A stretch of DNA of 61,649 bases, the filler included. It is 7 parts of 7 records of this genome, joined end to end, with 100 filler letters (N's around TTAATTAATTAA, not from the genome) between each part and the next. Parts side by side here need not be neighbours in the genome. Positions count along the whole stretch, not along the records: positions 39,045 to 44,434 come from DRR723986_23354; positions 44,535 to 55,284 come from DRR723986_23378; 5 more parts are not named here. One strand, 5' to 3'. Position 1 is the stretch's first letter. Every line of letters starts with the position of its first letter. This document shows positions 39,149-48,831 of the stretch, piece by piece. The translations under genes were made by a program, and so were the position numbers. The notes below the pieces were generated by a model. The model saw only the letters and a program-made list of their open reading frames with translations, was not told the origin of the DNA and did no database searches.

Positions 39149-40840
39149 ATGAGCAATTCCCCATCAAGCGCCGGGGGACGACCGGCTGTGCCCGCGGGGC
39201 GCGACGGCCAAGCGTTTCCGACGTTAAGCGATGAACAAATCACTCGTGCGCGGGAATTCGGCACCGACGAGACCTTACCGCATGGCAGTTCCGTTTTCGA
39301 GCGGGGGCAGCGCGAGGCAGACTTCTTTGTCGTGCTCGACGGCTGCATCGAGATCTTTGACTACGACTGTGACGGAGCGGCTCAGGTATTCACCAAACAC
39401 TGCGCAGATCAGTTTACCGGTGAGATCGATTTGTTCAGCAACCGTAAAGTCCTCGTGGCGGGGCGCACCTATGGCGAAACTCGTGTGCTGCGTTTTGATA
39501 GAAAGGCGTTTCGCGAACTGCTTGCCGCCAATCCGGATATCGCCGAAATCGTATTGAGGGCTTTCATCATTCGGCGGCTAGGAATCCTTGAGCAGAACTT
39601 GGGAGGTTCGTACCTGATCGGAAGCAAGGACGACGCGCTGACGGTGAAGATTCGTCGCTTTCTCCGCGGCAACGGCTACCCCGCGCGGACAATTTTCATC
39701 GAAGACGATCCAGAGGCGGACGGTCTGCTTGCTAAGCACGGCAAGACGACGAGCGACTTGCCGATGCTACTTTGCCACGGCGAAGATGTGCTGTGTCGGC
39801 CATCGCTGTTGGAAGTCGGCGAGTTGATTGGAATCGTTGAATGGCCCCCTGAAGATAGAGTCTTCGACTTGGCTGTCATCGGTGGTGGGCCCGGCGGCAT
39901 GGCAGCGGCGGTGTATGGTGCCAGCGAAGGGCTCTCGACTGTGGTGCTCGAACGCGAAGCTCCCGGTGGTCAAGCGAGCACGAGCAGCAAAATCGAAAAC
40001 TATCTTGGGTTCCCGAACGGATTGTCGGGACAAGAACTGGCTGGACGAGCTCAAATCCAAGCTCAAAAGTTCGGTGCAACCCTCGCTCTACCCATGAATG
40101 TAACGGACATCATCGGGGATAAACCGCCGTACGCGATTCGCATCGACGGTTCACGTGACGTAGCCGCCCGCAGCATCGTAATCGCCAGCGGTGCGACCTA
40201 CCGCAGGTTGGGACTTGAGAACGATTCGCAATTCGAAGGCTGCGGGATTCACTATGCTGCCACGGCTATCGAAGCAGGTTATTGTGAAGACTGCGAAGTG
40301 ATCGTGGTCGGCGGCGGAAACTCAGCCGGCCAAGCTGCCGTGTTTCTATCGGGGCATACAGAACATGTGCATCTGTTAGTACGTCGAGATTCATTGGCGG
40401 CAACGATGTCGGACTATCTGATTCAGCGTATTGATGCATCGCCGAAGATTACACTGCACGCCGAAACCGAAATTACGGCACTCGATGGCGACAACCACTT
40501 GGAATCGGTAACTTGGCGACAGCGCGAAACCGCTGAAGAAAGTACTCACCCAATTCGCCACGTCTTCCTGATGATCGGCGCGGTACCAAACTCAGGCTAC
40601 CTAAATGGCTGTGTGCTAACCGACAAGAACGGTTTCATTTGCACTGGATCCGACGTCGTGGAACAAGGGCACTGGCCACTTACCGACCGCGAACCAGAGT
40701 TGTTCGAAACCAGCTTGCCCGGCGTTTTTGCCGTCGGCGACGTTCGCGCTCAAAGCGTAAAACGAGTCGCTTCAGCCGTCGGTGAAGGTAGCATCTGCGT
40801 GCAATTCGTCCATCGCATTCTCGCCAGTAGCACGCAGTAA
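39149..40840 (+). CDS. Cyclic nucleotide-binding domain fused to thioredoxin reductase-like FAD oxidoreductase
   Basis: N-terminal cNMP domain (FFVVLDG, FTGEIDL), IGGGPGG, SSKIENYLGFP, VGGGNSAGQ, FAVGDVR. Confidence 0.9.
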   Translation: MSNSPSSAGGRPAVPAGRDGQAFPTLSDEQITRAREFGTDETLPHGSSVFERGQREADFFVVLDGCIEIFDYDCDGAAQVFTKHCADQFTGEIDLFSNRKVLVAGRTYGETRVLRFDRKAFRELLAANPDIAEIVLRAFIIRRLGILEQNLGGSYLIGSKDDALTVKIRRFLRGNGYPARTIFIEDDPEADGLLAKHGKTTSDLPMLLCHGEDVLCRPSLLEVGELIGIVEWPPEDRVFDLAVIGGGPGGMAAAVYGASEGLSTVVLEREAPGGQASTSSKIENYLGFPNGLSGQELAGRAQIQAQKFGATLALPMNVTDIIGDKPPYAIRIDGSRDVAARSIVIASGATYRRLGLENDSQFEGCGIHYAATAIEAGYCEDCEVIVVGGGNSAGQAAVFLSGHTEHVHLLVRRDSLAATMSDYLIQRIDASPKITLHAETEITALDGDNHLESVTWRQRETAEESTHPIRHVFLMIGAVPNSGYLNGCVLTDKNGFICTGSDVVEQGHWPLTDREPELFETSLPGVFAVGDVRAQSVKRVASAVGEGSICVQFVHRILASSTQ

Positions 40841-40898
40841 TTCGCAGCATCACGCAGGAATTCGCCAGTATTTCCTGGCCAAGTAGGACTTTCGAACG

Positions 40899-43388
40899 CT
40901 ATGGTTTGCCTGCGAGTAAGTAGGCAAGTAGGTCACGTATTTCGCCAGCCGTCAATTTATCGAGCAAGCCGGCGGGCATGATGGATGTTTGCAGTTCGCG
41001 TCGCTCTTCGACATCGTCCTTGTCGACACTAAAGCTGCTTCCGTCCGCGGTGACGTAAACCTGCTGTTTGCCTTCCTGGCCAACGACCAAGCCGGTTCGG
41101 ACGACACCATCAACGGTCAGCAGTTGCTGAGGTCGATAGTATGGGGCCATCTCGGCATTTGGATTAACAATGTGCTTCAGCAGCCAAGCTTGATCGACAT
41201 CTGACTGCTTATGAATGTTGGTTAAATCGGGCCCGACTGAACTGCCACGCCCTTGCATCGCGTGGCACTTGTAGCAGCCTGCCAGCGTGGAATGAAAAAA
41301 GAGGCGACGACCGACAGCCAAGTCTGGTTTGCCAGTTGCTTTGTCCGCTAGCAAGGCAAGCCACTCCTGCGGTTGGTCGAACGGAGGTTTTTCTGCAACA
41401 CTGCGTTGCGTCAAGCCGACTGCAGCACGCGTGCGATCTGCCTCTTGAGCAATCGCGGCATTGGAATCCGACGCCAGTGAATTGAGAAGCTCTTCGAAAT
41501 CTCGGCCGCTGGTTGCTAGTCCCGCTATCGCGTCCGCCCTTTTGGCCGCATCGATCGATTGATCCGCAGCAACTTCAGCCAGAACCTTGGACCGCGCGTC
41601 GTCGGGATGGATCACCAAGGAGTGAATTGCCTCACGCTGAATGTCAGCAGACTGCGATCTGGCAAGCGTGGCGAGCGCCTTTACGGTTAGGCCTGGATGG
41701 CTGACCTTAACACTTGCAAGCGCCATCGAACGCAACGTAGCAGACTTCTCGGTATCCAGGGCAAGCTGGAGCAATGTGTCGTCGGGTGAGAATTCCTTAT
41801 TGGATTCGCCCTCAACCCGCTCCAGGGCTGCAACGACGGCGCGAAGATCGCGACGACTTAGGTCCGGACGCTCCAGCACTGCTCTAAGATTTGGCTCAAA
41901 TTCACTCAACCGCTCGTCCGCGATCCACTTGATACCGACGAACCGGACGCTTGAATCTCCATCCTCAAGGAGCCCAGGAATCATGTTGCTTCGCCCCTCG
42001 GCGTCCGAACGCTTCATCGCGACCGCAAAGTGTGCACGGGCAATGCCACTGGACATTGCCTGCCAATCGTGGTCAGAAAGCACCTCCGGATGCGTTGCCA
42101 GCACATTCATTGCGGCCGTGCGTTTGTAGGGATCTGTGCTACCCAGTGCTGCAAGAGCGTCGTTGATCGAAAGCGTTTGAGTGGGTTTCCGATTCAACGA
42201 AGGCGCAAGCGTAATTGGCTCCTTGAACTCAACCCGCCAAATACGTCCAAAACCATGCACTGGGTAAGATAGCTTGACCCAGTCGGTGAAATACAAATAG
42301 CGACCATCGGCTGAGTAGGAGAAGTGCACGGGACGAAAATCGTCGGGACCGCTCAGGAATGGCTCCCGCGTCGCTGCGAACGAGTCCCCTTGAGGTGACA
42401 GCGCGTGAAGGTCAACGCGGTTGTCCGTCCAGGATGCACTTAGTAGTTTCTTCGGGCCGTGGGGAATCAATCCACACGCGGCTTCACCGAGCCCTCCGAT
42501 CATTCCAAGTGTTCCTGGATTTTCACCGTACCAACATACGAGCGGATGCAACCCTGACCGACCATAGCGATACTCGTAACCAAAATCAGCTCCGGGAACG
42601 ATGTGTAGCAATCGATTCGGCGGGATCGCGTTGGGGTCGTTGTCGGTGCTGTACAGATTGCCATCTAGATCAAAGGCCATCCCAAAGGCGTTCCAGTGGC
42701 CGGTGGACTGACGCATTAGCTGGCTGCCATCGGTGCGACATTTATATGTCGATCCTCCTTCACCGCCACCTGCCAACCGTGTTCCGTCGGAGCCCACGAA
42801 GGCATAGTCAACTCCTAGATTTTCGCCGAAACCAAAGGCAATCCAATTCGAGTTGGCCGGATCAATGGCAAGGCCACCGACGCCGTTGTGTGGGTAGTTC
42901 CCATCCGTCTCGCAGACGACCAGCTTTTCCGGATCGCCAGCCGCTTTGTCCATATTTGCAGCATTCGGGAACCGCCCGATGAACCAGCGAGTGCTCACGT
43001 ACAGATGTCCGTCAGGGCCGAACAGAAGATCGGTGCTAAAGGTGTGTCCTTCATAGAAGACCCCGCGATCATCGGCGACGCCATCGCCATCGGTATCTTC
43101 AAAAACAAGAATCCGGTCCGTCGGCGGCCCTTTGTAATCGGAATTGCGCTTGTGCGTGTGGTTTTCCTGCACGAACACGCGACCATCTGGTGCAATCGCG
43201 ATTCCCACTGGCGTCACGATTTCGGGATTCTGAGCGAACAATGAGACGCTCTTGATATTGGCGTTGTGTATGCTCGGCGAAAACGACGTCTTCTCGTGGG
43301 AGGCCCAGGAGTTGTCGTCCTGCGCCGTCGCCAGACTGGACGCGAGTGCTACGAGCAGGGCGATCGCGGGAGTATGCGAATACTTCAT
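40899..43388 (-). CDS. PVC-type membrane-associated dehydrogenase-like protein with heme c CxxCH
   Basis: TPVGIAI, EDTDGDGVAD, HEAT-like region, GRRLFF..CYKCH..VGPDLT, SIMPAGL..EIRDLLAYL. Confidence 0.88.
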   Translation of the reverse strand: MKYSHTPAIALLVALASSLATAQDDNSWASHEKTSFSPSIHNANIKSVSLFAQNPEIVTPVGIAIAPDGRVFVQENHTHKRNSDYKGPPTDRILVFEDTDGDGVADDRGVFYEGHTFSTDLLFGPDGHLYVSTRWFIGRFPNAANMDKAAGDPEKLVVCETDGNYPHNGVGGLAIDPANSNWIAFGFGENLGVDYAFVGSDGTRLAGGGEGGSTYKCRTDGSQLMRQSTGHWNAFGMAFDLDGNLYSTDNDPNAIPPNRLLHIVPGADFGYEYRYGRSGLHPLVCWYGENPGTLGMIGGLGEAACGLIPHGPKKLLSASWTDNRVDLHALSPQGDSFAATREPFLSGPDDFRPVHFSYSADGRYLYFTDWVKLSYPVHGFGRIWRVEFKEPITLAPSLNRKPTQTLSINDALAALGSTDPYKRTAAMNVLATHPEVLSDHDWQAMSSGIARAHFAVAMKRSDAEGRSNMIPGLLEDGDSSVRFVGIKWIADERLSEFEPNLRAVLERPDLSRRDLRAVVAALERVEGESNKEFSPDDTLLQLALDTEKSATLRSMALASVKVSHPGLTVKALATLARSQSADIQREAIHSLVIHPDDARSKVLAEVAADQSIDAAKRADAIAGLATSGRDFEELLNSLASDSNAAIAQEADRTRAAVGLTQRSVAEKPPFDQPQEWLALLADKATGKPDLAVGRRLFFHSTLAGCYKCHAMQGRGSSVGPDLTNIHKQSDVDQAWLLKHIVNPNAEMAPYYRPQQLLTVDGVVRTGLVVGQEGKQQVYVTADGSSFSVDKDDVEERRELQTSIMPAGLLDKLTAGEIRDLLAYLLAGKP

Positions 43389-43466
43389 GTTGCCATCATC
43401 TCACTTTACAAGTAATCACGCCGAAGAAGCTCGTGAACGTCTATATTGCCGTCCAATTCGCCAAGC

Positions 43467-43748
43467 GAAAGCTGGAACGCCAATCCTTGCTAATCGATGA
43501 CTAGTTGAAACAACGTAGGAATCGAGGCAGTTACGTTTCTGACTCAATACCTCCTGGGCACTCGCCGTTGCGTGTGCAACTGCTAGTCGGGCCGATTCAG
43601 TCTAAAAAAGTGGGCTATGATAACATACTAGATGCAACCCGGCGTATAGTGAAAGCGAAAGCTCGAACAGTCGCGGTGTGCAAAATAGACTTCAGGCTTC
43701 GATCAAGACTCTGAATTAGTGTTCGATCAGTGGGGATTAGTGTTCCAG
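43467..43748. mobile_element. Gene-less inverted-repeat-bounded unit homologous to the GxxExxY cassette (MITE-like)
   Basis: Left end 43472-43505 and right end 43715-43748 are imperfect 34-nt inverted repeats; internal 43542-43653 is homologous to 44283-44393. Confidence 0.6.
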
Positions 43749-43768
43749 TCAATTCTGCCACAACGAGG

Positions 43769-44434
43769 GAAAGCTGGAACGCTAATTCCCGCTAATCGAC
43801 CACCACTTAAATCCAGATAGCGTTTTAGAAGTTATGCTTCTATCTCCATCGTGACAAGCAGGTTAGCTCAGTGCCCCGCATCCTTTTCGTGAAGATCGTT
43901 GACGATAAGTCGTTTCCATTCTAACCCACCCTTCTTCCCGAAATTGATGAGGTAACCGACCTGCCTTCGCGCGATGCGCATGTAGTTAAACAACTGTGCC
44001 TCATGATCACTACAGAGCTCCTTTAAGGCTTTTAGTTCCACGACGATTGCACCGAAAACGAATAGATCAGGGCCATACTTCGGCCGTAGCAGTTGCCCCT
44101 TGAAGTAAACATCGATCTCCGCTTGGGCGACTGCCGGAATGCCTCTCAGATGAAGTTCTACTTCCAAAGCAGCCTGATAAACCTCTTCAGCCATTCCGTA
44201 TCCGAGCTCGTTGTAGACCTCGAACGCGGCTCCCATTAAGTCGTACCCTTCCTGTTTCAACATCGCTCTGCCATTCAAACCTACTCAATTCCGGGTACCC
44301 GTCGTCGCGCGTGCAACCGCGATAGTCGGCGCGATCCAGTTTAGTAAAGCGTCGCCATGATAACACACTAGATGCAACCTGGCGCGTAGTGAATCCGCCT
44401 GCCGATTAGTGTTCGATCAGTGAGGATTAGTGTT
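43769..44434. mobile_element. GxxExxY cassette bounded by inverted repeats (right end cut by contig end)
   Basis: Left repeat 43774-43807; right repeat 44405-44434 (29/30 identical to 43715-43744). Confidence 0.6.
43868..44263 (-). CDS. GxxExxY protein (PD-(D/E)XK nuclease-like)
   Basis: AAFEVYNELGYGMAEEVYQAALEVEL, PDLFV, IVVELKA, HEAQLFNYM, GYLINFG. Confidence 0.93.
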   Translation of the reverse strand: MLKQEGYDLMGAAFEVYNELGYGMAEEVYQAALEVELHLRGIPAVAQAEIDVYFKGQLLRPKYGPDLFVFGAIVVELKALKELCSDHEAQLFNYMRIARRQVGYLINFGKKGGLEWKRLIVNDLHEKDAGH

Positions 44435-44534
44435 NNNNNNNNNNNNNNNNNNNNNNNNNNNNNNNNNNNNNNNNNNNNTTAATTAATTAANNNNNNNNNN
44501 NNNNNNNNNNNNNNNNNNNNNNNNNNNNNNNNNN
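44435..44534. other. Artificial contig linker
   Basis: N44-TTAATTAATTAA-N44. Confidence 0.98.
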
Positions 44535-45153
44535 AAAAGCCGATATTTCGGCAAAGAACCAGCAACTGGACTCAATCATCAAAGATTTGGACCCTGATCT
44601 TACATTAGATAAGTGCCAAGCTTTGCTGGATAGAATACAAGCTCTATCATACGAAACTAACGTTCTGTTTGGTGAAACCGCCTTTCGGTTCGCGGCCACG
44701 AAAGCATACAGTACCATTGTCAATAGTCGCCTGTCAGAACTGCGCGAGGAACGTGTCAGCGGCTATTCACGCCTCTCTACTTTTCTCAATCGGCGGATGA
44801 CGCCGGCCATTGATCACTGTGCAGCAATTGAACGCCAACGAGATACGTTAGAGCGCAGACTTGCAGAAACATCACAAATGTTACGCACCAAAATTGAAAC
44901 TGGCTTGGCTGGCCAAAACAAACAACTATTAGAGCAAATTAAAACCTCAACACAGTCGCAAGTGCGCTTGCAGCGGGCAGTAGAGGGCTTCTCAGTTGTT
45001 GCTATTAGCTACTATTTAGTCAGCATACTGGCGGTTTTCCTCAAAGGCGGTGAAAAAGCAGGGCTGCTATCAGGTTGGGAGGTCTATGAAGCATTACTGG
45101 CTCCTGTAGCCATTTTGAGTGTGTTCCTGCTTGTAAGGCGCGTCGCCAAATAA
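44535..45153 (+). CDS. DUF3422 membrane-anchored protein, C-terminal part
   Basis: FRFAATKAY..IV..RLSELRE, FLNRRMTPAI..C, QVRLQRAVEGFSVVAISYY. Confidence 0.85.
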
Positions 45154-45283
45154 AGCCAAAGTTTAACGCCCTACTGAAGCCCTATACCTTTCTCATTGAC
45201 CTGATTTTACCGTCATGCACAGACCGCGACAAATTTTTGTGCGGCACACTGAATTTACTGCATCAAAGTTGTAGAATAGAAGA

Positions 45284-45499
45284 TTATTGCTTTGAAACGA
45301 CTCTTGAAGAAAGAAACGTATAAAAATAAAAAGATGCAGCCATACCCAGAAACACAATTAAAATAGTAATTTTATCGCGATGCGGCGTTTCTGGCACCCA
45401 TGTTCCGGACTGTTCTAACCAATATAAAAAATACATAGAAGCAAGCCACGGAATTAGTCCCAGCAAGATGGTGACCATTCTGGCAATAAAATTGGCCAT
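45284..45499 (-). CDS. Small two-TM hypothetical protein
   Basis: MANFIARMVTILLGLIPW..ETPHRDKITILIVFLGM. Confidence 0.55.
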   Translation of the reverse strand: MANFIARMVTILLGLIPWLASMYFLYWLEQSGTWVPETPHRDKITILIVFLGMAASFYFYTFLSSRVVSKQ

Positions 45500-45689
45500 A
45501 CTATTACCCTTCGCTCTGACCTGAAGTAAGTTTACATCCATGAAATATCGTAGATGACAATGCACTTTCATGCAAAGATCTGCGTCGTTCCGGACCCGCC
45601 CGGAGGACTTTATCCATATTTTACTTCACCCTAAGCAATGTTAAGATACGGGTTGTCTTGACCAAAAAATGACTTAAGGGCGCAGAGAT

Positions 45690-46613
45690 ATGGCTCGGAA
45701 TGATATCTTAAAGCATAAAGTTTTAAATGGCTGGGGCCTGTTTACCTTGGCGTCCATTCCCATATGTGTGTTCGTCATTGTAGAAGCTGCATCAATTGAT
45801 CTACAAACCGGCGCAGGCATTTCTCACATGATCGGTTATTCTGTGCGATGGGCCATTCCCTTTATTTATCTGGTTGTTGCGGCATCTTCGTTCCATGTTT
45901 TGTTTCCCGGCACGCTCTCGAAATGGTGAGTTCGAAACAGAAAATTTATTGGCTTAATTTTCGCTGTGGCTATGGCATGGCAAGGCCTATTTATTCTTAT
46001 CGTTTCCACGTGGTTTCGGGACTATTACTTCAATGACATATATTATTTCAGAGATGAACTTGAAGGAACAGTGGGCTACATTTTCTTAGCGTTCATGGTG
46101 CTCACCTCCTTTCATTTTGGCCGAAAACGCGTAAATCCGTTTCAGTGGAAGCTCATTCAAAAAGGCGGCGTTTACTTCCTGTGGGCCTATCCTTTCAGCG
46201 TATATTGGTGGAACGTATTTTATTATCCAACGCTGGAACCATACACAGACCCAAGGGCGCTTGATTATATCTTTTACTGGGCTGGCTTTATTGCTTTTGC
46301 TCTTAGGGTTATTGCCTGGGGCAAAAAACGAGCTGACAAAATAGCAAAAAACAGCATTGCGTCACCGACACCGGCTGGCCTTAAAATACTTGGCGGTCTC
46401 GTCTTTGCAATTGGTTTAATCGGCGCTGCTTACGGGCAGTACTGGCCATCTGCGGTTGCTTATCTTTTAACGCCTGAACATGTTCGTTGGGCCTCGGGGC
46501 TGGAGCTATGGCTACCCTTCTGGCCATTAGAGCCTTTCGTCCCGTTACTGGTCATGGGTTTGGGGACAATGGTGATGACAATACCTAGGCGGCAAACCCT
46601 AAGCCCTGCCTGA
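45690..46613 (+). pseudogene. Ferric-reductase/MsrQ-like membrane protein with an in-frame TGA at 45927-45929
   Basis: Both track ORFs share a frame: LSKW*VRNRKFIGLIFAVAMAWQ..FMVLTSF..QWKLIQKGGVYFLW. Confidence 0.65.
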
Positions 46614-46700
46614 TGTCCCTTGAAGCTCACGAACCCTCTAGTTGGTCAAGGCAGAAAAGCTATTATAATATAATCGTAGCACTGCTTAACCAGCGAGAAA

Positions 46701-47540
46701 CTAACGCACCACCTTTTCAAATTTCAACGTCATACGGTCAGACTCGCCAATTGCTGTATATTTAGCTTTATCCTTATCACCTAAATAGTAGGAAGGCGGC
46801 AAGGTCCAAACACCTTCTGGATAATCTTTGGTATCACGCGGGTTCGCGTTCATCTCTGAAGTGTCGACCAGTCGAAACCCTTTCGCTTCAACCGCCTTAA
46901 CAAGGTCAGATTGTTTCCAGCGCCCGCGCGCAATGGCTTCATCGAACGTGCCATCAAAGTCTTCGTCAACACGGTGTTGTACTACGCCGAAAACACCGCC
47001 CGGCTTTAACATTTGCCAAACTTTATCAGCGGCGGCATCAAAGAAATCAGCTTCAATCCAATTGTGCAAGGCACGCACCGCAATTATGGCATCAACAGAA
47101 CCCGCTTTTACCGGGTTACCATCAAACGGTATCCACGTACCAATCGCTCTTTCACCAAAGAGTGTTCTTTCTTTTTCTACTTTGCCCGGGAAGGCGCGCA
47201 GTCCTTTAGCATAGTCTGGATAGCGGTCTGCATAAATATCTGGATGATGTTCCAACCCCACATAAGCGCCCTCATCCCGAACAAAAGGCGCAAGAATTCG
47301 GCTATACCATCCACCACCGGGATTAATCTCGCCAATGGTCATGTCAGGCTTTAGCCCAAGAAAACTCATGAAAGCTTGCGGGTTACGTGCCGCATCGCGG
47401 CTGGCATCACCGGGCAGTCGGTCTGGGTTTTGTTGTAAGGCCTTTTGTATCGGTACGCCGTTGTCCTGTGTCGCATACGAACCAGTTCCTATAAACATCA
47501 CCACGCCAATAATGACTGCTGCTGTAGTAATACCCAACAT
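46701..47540 (-). CDS. Periplasmic class I SAM-dependent methyltransferase-like protein (start uncertain)
   Basis: RDAARNP..FLGLKPDM..EINPGGGWYSRILAP, LKPGGVFGVVQHR, GVWTLPP, IGESDRMTLKF. Confidence 0.85.
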   Translation of the reverse strand: MLGITTAAVIIGVVMFIGTGSYATQDNGVPIQKALQQNPDRLPGDASRDAARNPQAFMSFLGLKPDMTIGEINPGGGWYSRILAPFVRDEGAYVGLEHHPDIYADRYPDYAKGLRAFPGKVEKERTLFGERAIGTWIPFDGNPVKAGSVDAIIAVRALHNWIEADFFDAAADKVWQMLKPGGVFGVVQHRVDEDFDGTFDEAIARGRWKQSDLVKAVEAKGFRLVDTSEMNANPRDTKDYPEGVWTLPPSYYLGDKDKAKYTAIGESDRMTLKFEKVVR

Positions 47541-47613
47541 AAGCTTGTTCTTTCCTAAATTTTTAAATGGCCCTAAGTTTATAAGTAGTTTGAATAAACT
47601 CAAAAATGCGCCC

Positions 47614-48309
47614 CTATGTGTTCGCAAATTCAATAAGCATAGACTGTATTTGTTTGCTATCGCTCGGTTGGTCTAACGATAGCAGCCCAGCGTCAGCAAT
47701 ATCTTCATCCACGGTGACACCGCGCCTTTCAAGCAATATTTCGCGTTCATACTCAGCTGAAAACTCGGGATGCGCTTGAAATGAAATAGCCTGCTGTCCA
47801 TAGCGAAGACCCGCAATCGGGCAAAAGTCGGAAGATGCAATAACTTCTGCGACCTCCGGCACTTGGGTAACCTGGTCTTGATGCCACGCGTATAACGAGA
47901 CCGCCTCCCCACTACTGAGAATATAATCCATCAAACCAACACCAAGGCCTTTGTCACTTTTCTCTGCTTTACCACCCAAGGCTTGCGCCATTATCTGATG
48001 GCCAAAGCACACCCCAATGAGCTTTTTATTCTGTGCATATATTTCTCTGATCAAGTTCTCTAGGCGAGGCACCCAAGCATGAGGTTCATAAACAGCATGC
48101 TTGGAGCCGGTAATGACAAAAAGGTCATACTGGTCAACATTTCGCGGGAAAACTCCATCCAAAACACAATATGTATCGGCGTCACCCGCTGAAAGGCCAA
48201 GCATTGTCTTGCACATTTCATCATAATCGCCGTGCTGGGGTAAAGCCGATTCAATCGTTCGCCCGGTTTGTAAAACCGCCACTCTCAAACTTGGCTTAAT
48301 TTTGATCAT
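47614..48309 (-). CDS. Type 1 glutamine amidotransferase
   Basis: ITGSKHAVY, GVCFGHQIMAQALGG, WHQDQV, FQAHPEF. Confidence 0.9.
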   Translation of the reverse strand: MIKIKPSLRVAVLQTGRTIESALPQHGDYDEMCKTMLGLSAGDADTYCVLDGVFPRNVDQYDLFVITGSKHAVYEPHAWVPRLENLIREIYAQNKKLIGVCFGHQIMAQALGGKAEKSDKGLGVGLMDYILSSGEAVSLYAWHQDQVTQVPEVAEVIASSDFCPIAGLRYGQQAISFQAHPEFSAEYEREILLERRGVTVDEDIADAGLLSLDQPSDSKQIQSMLIEFANT

Positions 48310-48351
48310 GAATATAAATGTCCAGATTATACAATACTATGTATGGTAACG

Positions 48352-48576
48352 TCATTTTGCTGGAGACAGCTTTAACCAAATAGTTTTCAACTCAAGCGGG
48401 TCGCCCGGTTTCAATTCTTTTGCGATAGCGGCCACTCTTTTGAGAAAGTATGCCTTGATGCTATTTTGTACCAGCTGTTCAAACTTGGCCTTGATAAAGG
48501 CTTGCGTCTTCAATTGAACTTTATCTAAAGCTGCTTTTACCGTGGTAGACCCTCCAATTTGGATTGCATCATCCAT
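48352..48576 (-). pseudogene. Probable aldehyde dehydrogenase remnant
   Basis: LVQNSIKAYFLKRVAAIAKELKPGDPLE resembles the ALDH segment that follows the catalytic Cys; remainder not recognisable. Confidence 0.45.
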
Positions 48577-48691
48577 CGCTAACCTCGCTACTTCAACTCA
48601 TTAGAGAATTTGGCATAGCCATATGGCTATGACCGCATTAAAAGTGCCGACAAGTTATAATGAGAAGAAATACAAATCAATAAAAATGGAA

Positions 48692-48708
48692 TTTTGTGAT
48701 CACGTTTT
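48692..48708. promoter_or_regulatory. Candidate GntR operator (copy 1)
   Basis: TTTTGTGATCACGTTTT; palindromic core shared with 49707-49722. Confidence 0.5.
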
Positions 48709-48831
48709 TAGCAATAGAGAATGAACAATAGAATTATTCTAAAGGCATACGAAATCAGAATTTAACAAGTTTGCGAAGTAGCCAAACCTTATTTTAAAGT
48801 CTCAAGCTTTAATGATAATTCGAGATCATAG

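Noticed and set aside
45927-45929. Possible TGA=Trp recoding or selenocysteine
   Set aside because: Other genes on this contig use TGG for Trp and TGA as a true stop (46613, 52818), and the context is not a redox Cys site. A TGG-to-TGA mutation or sequencing error is simpler.
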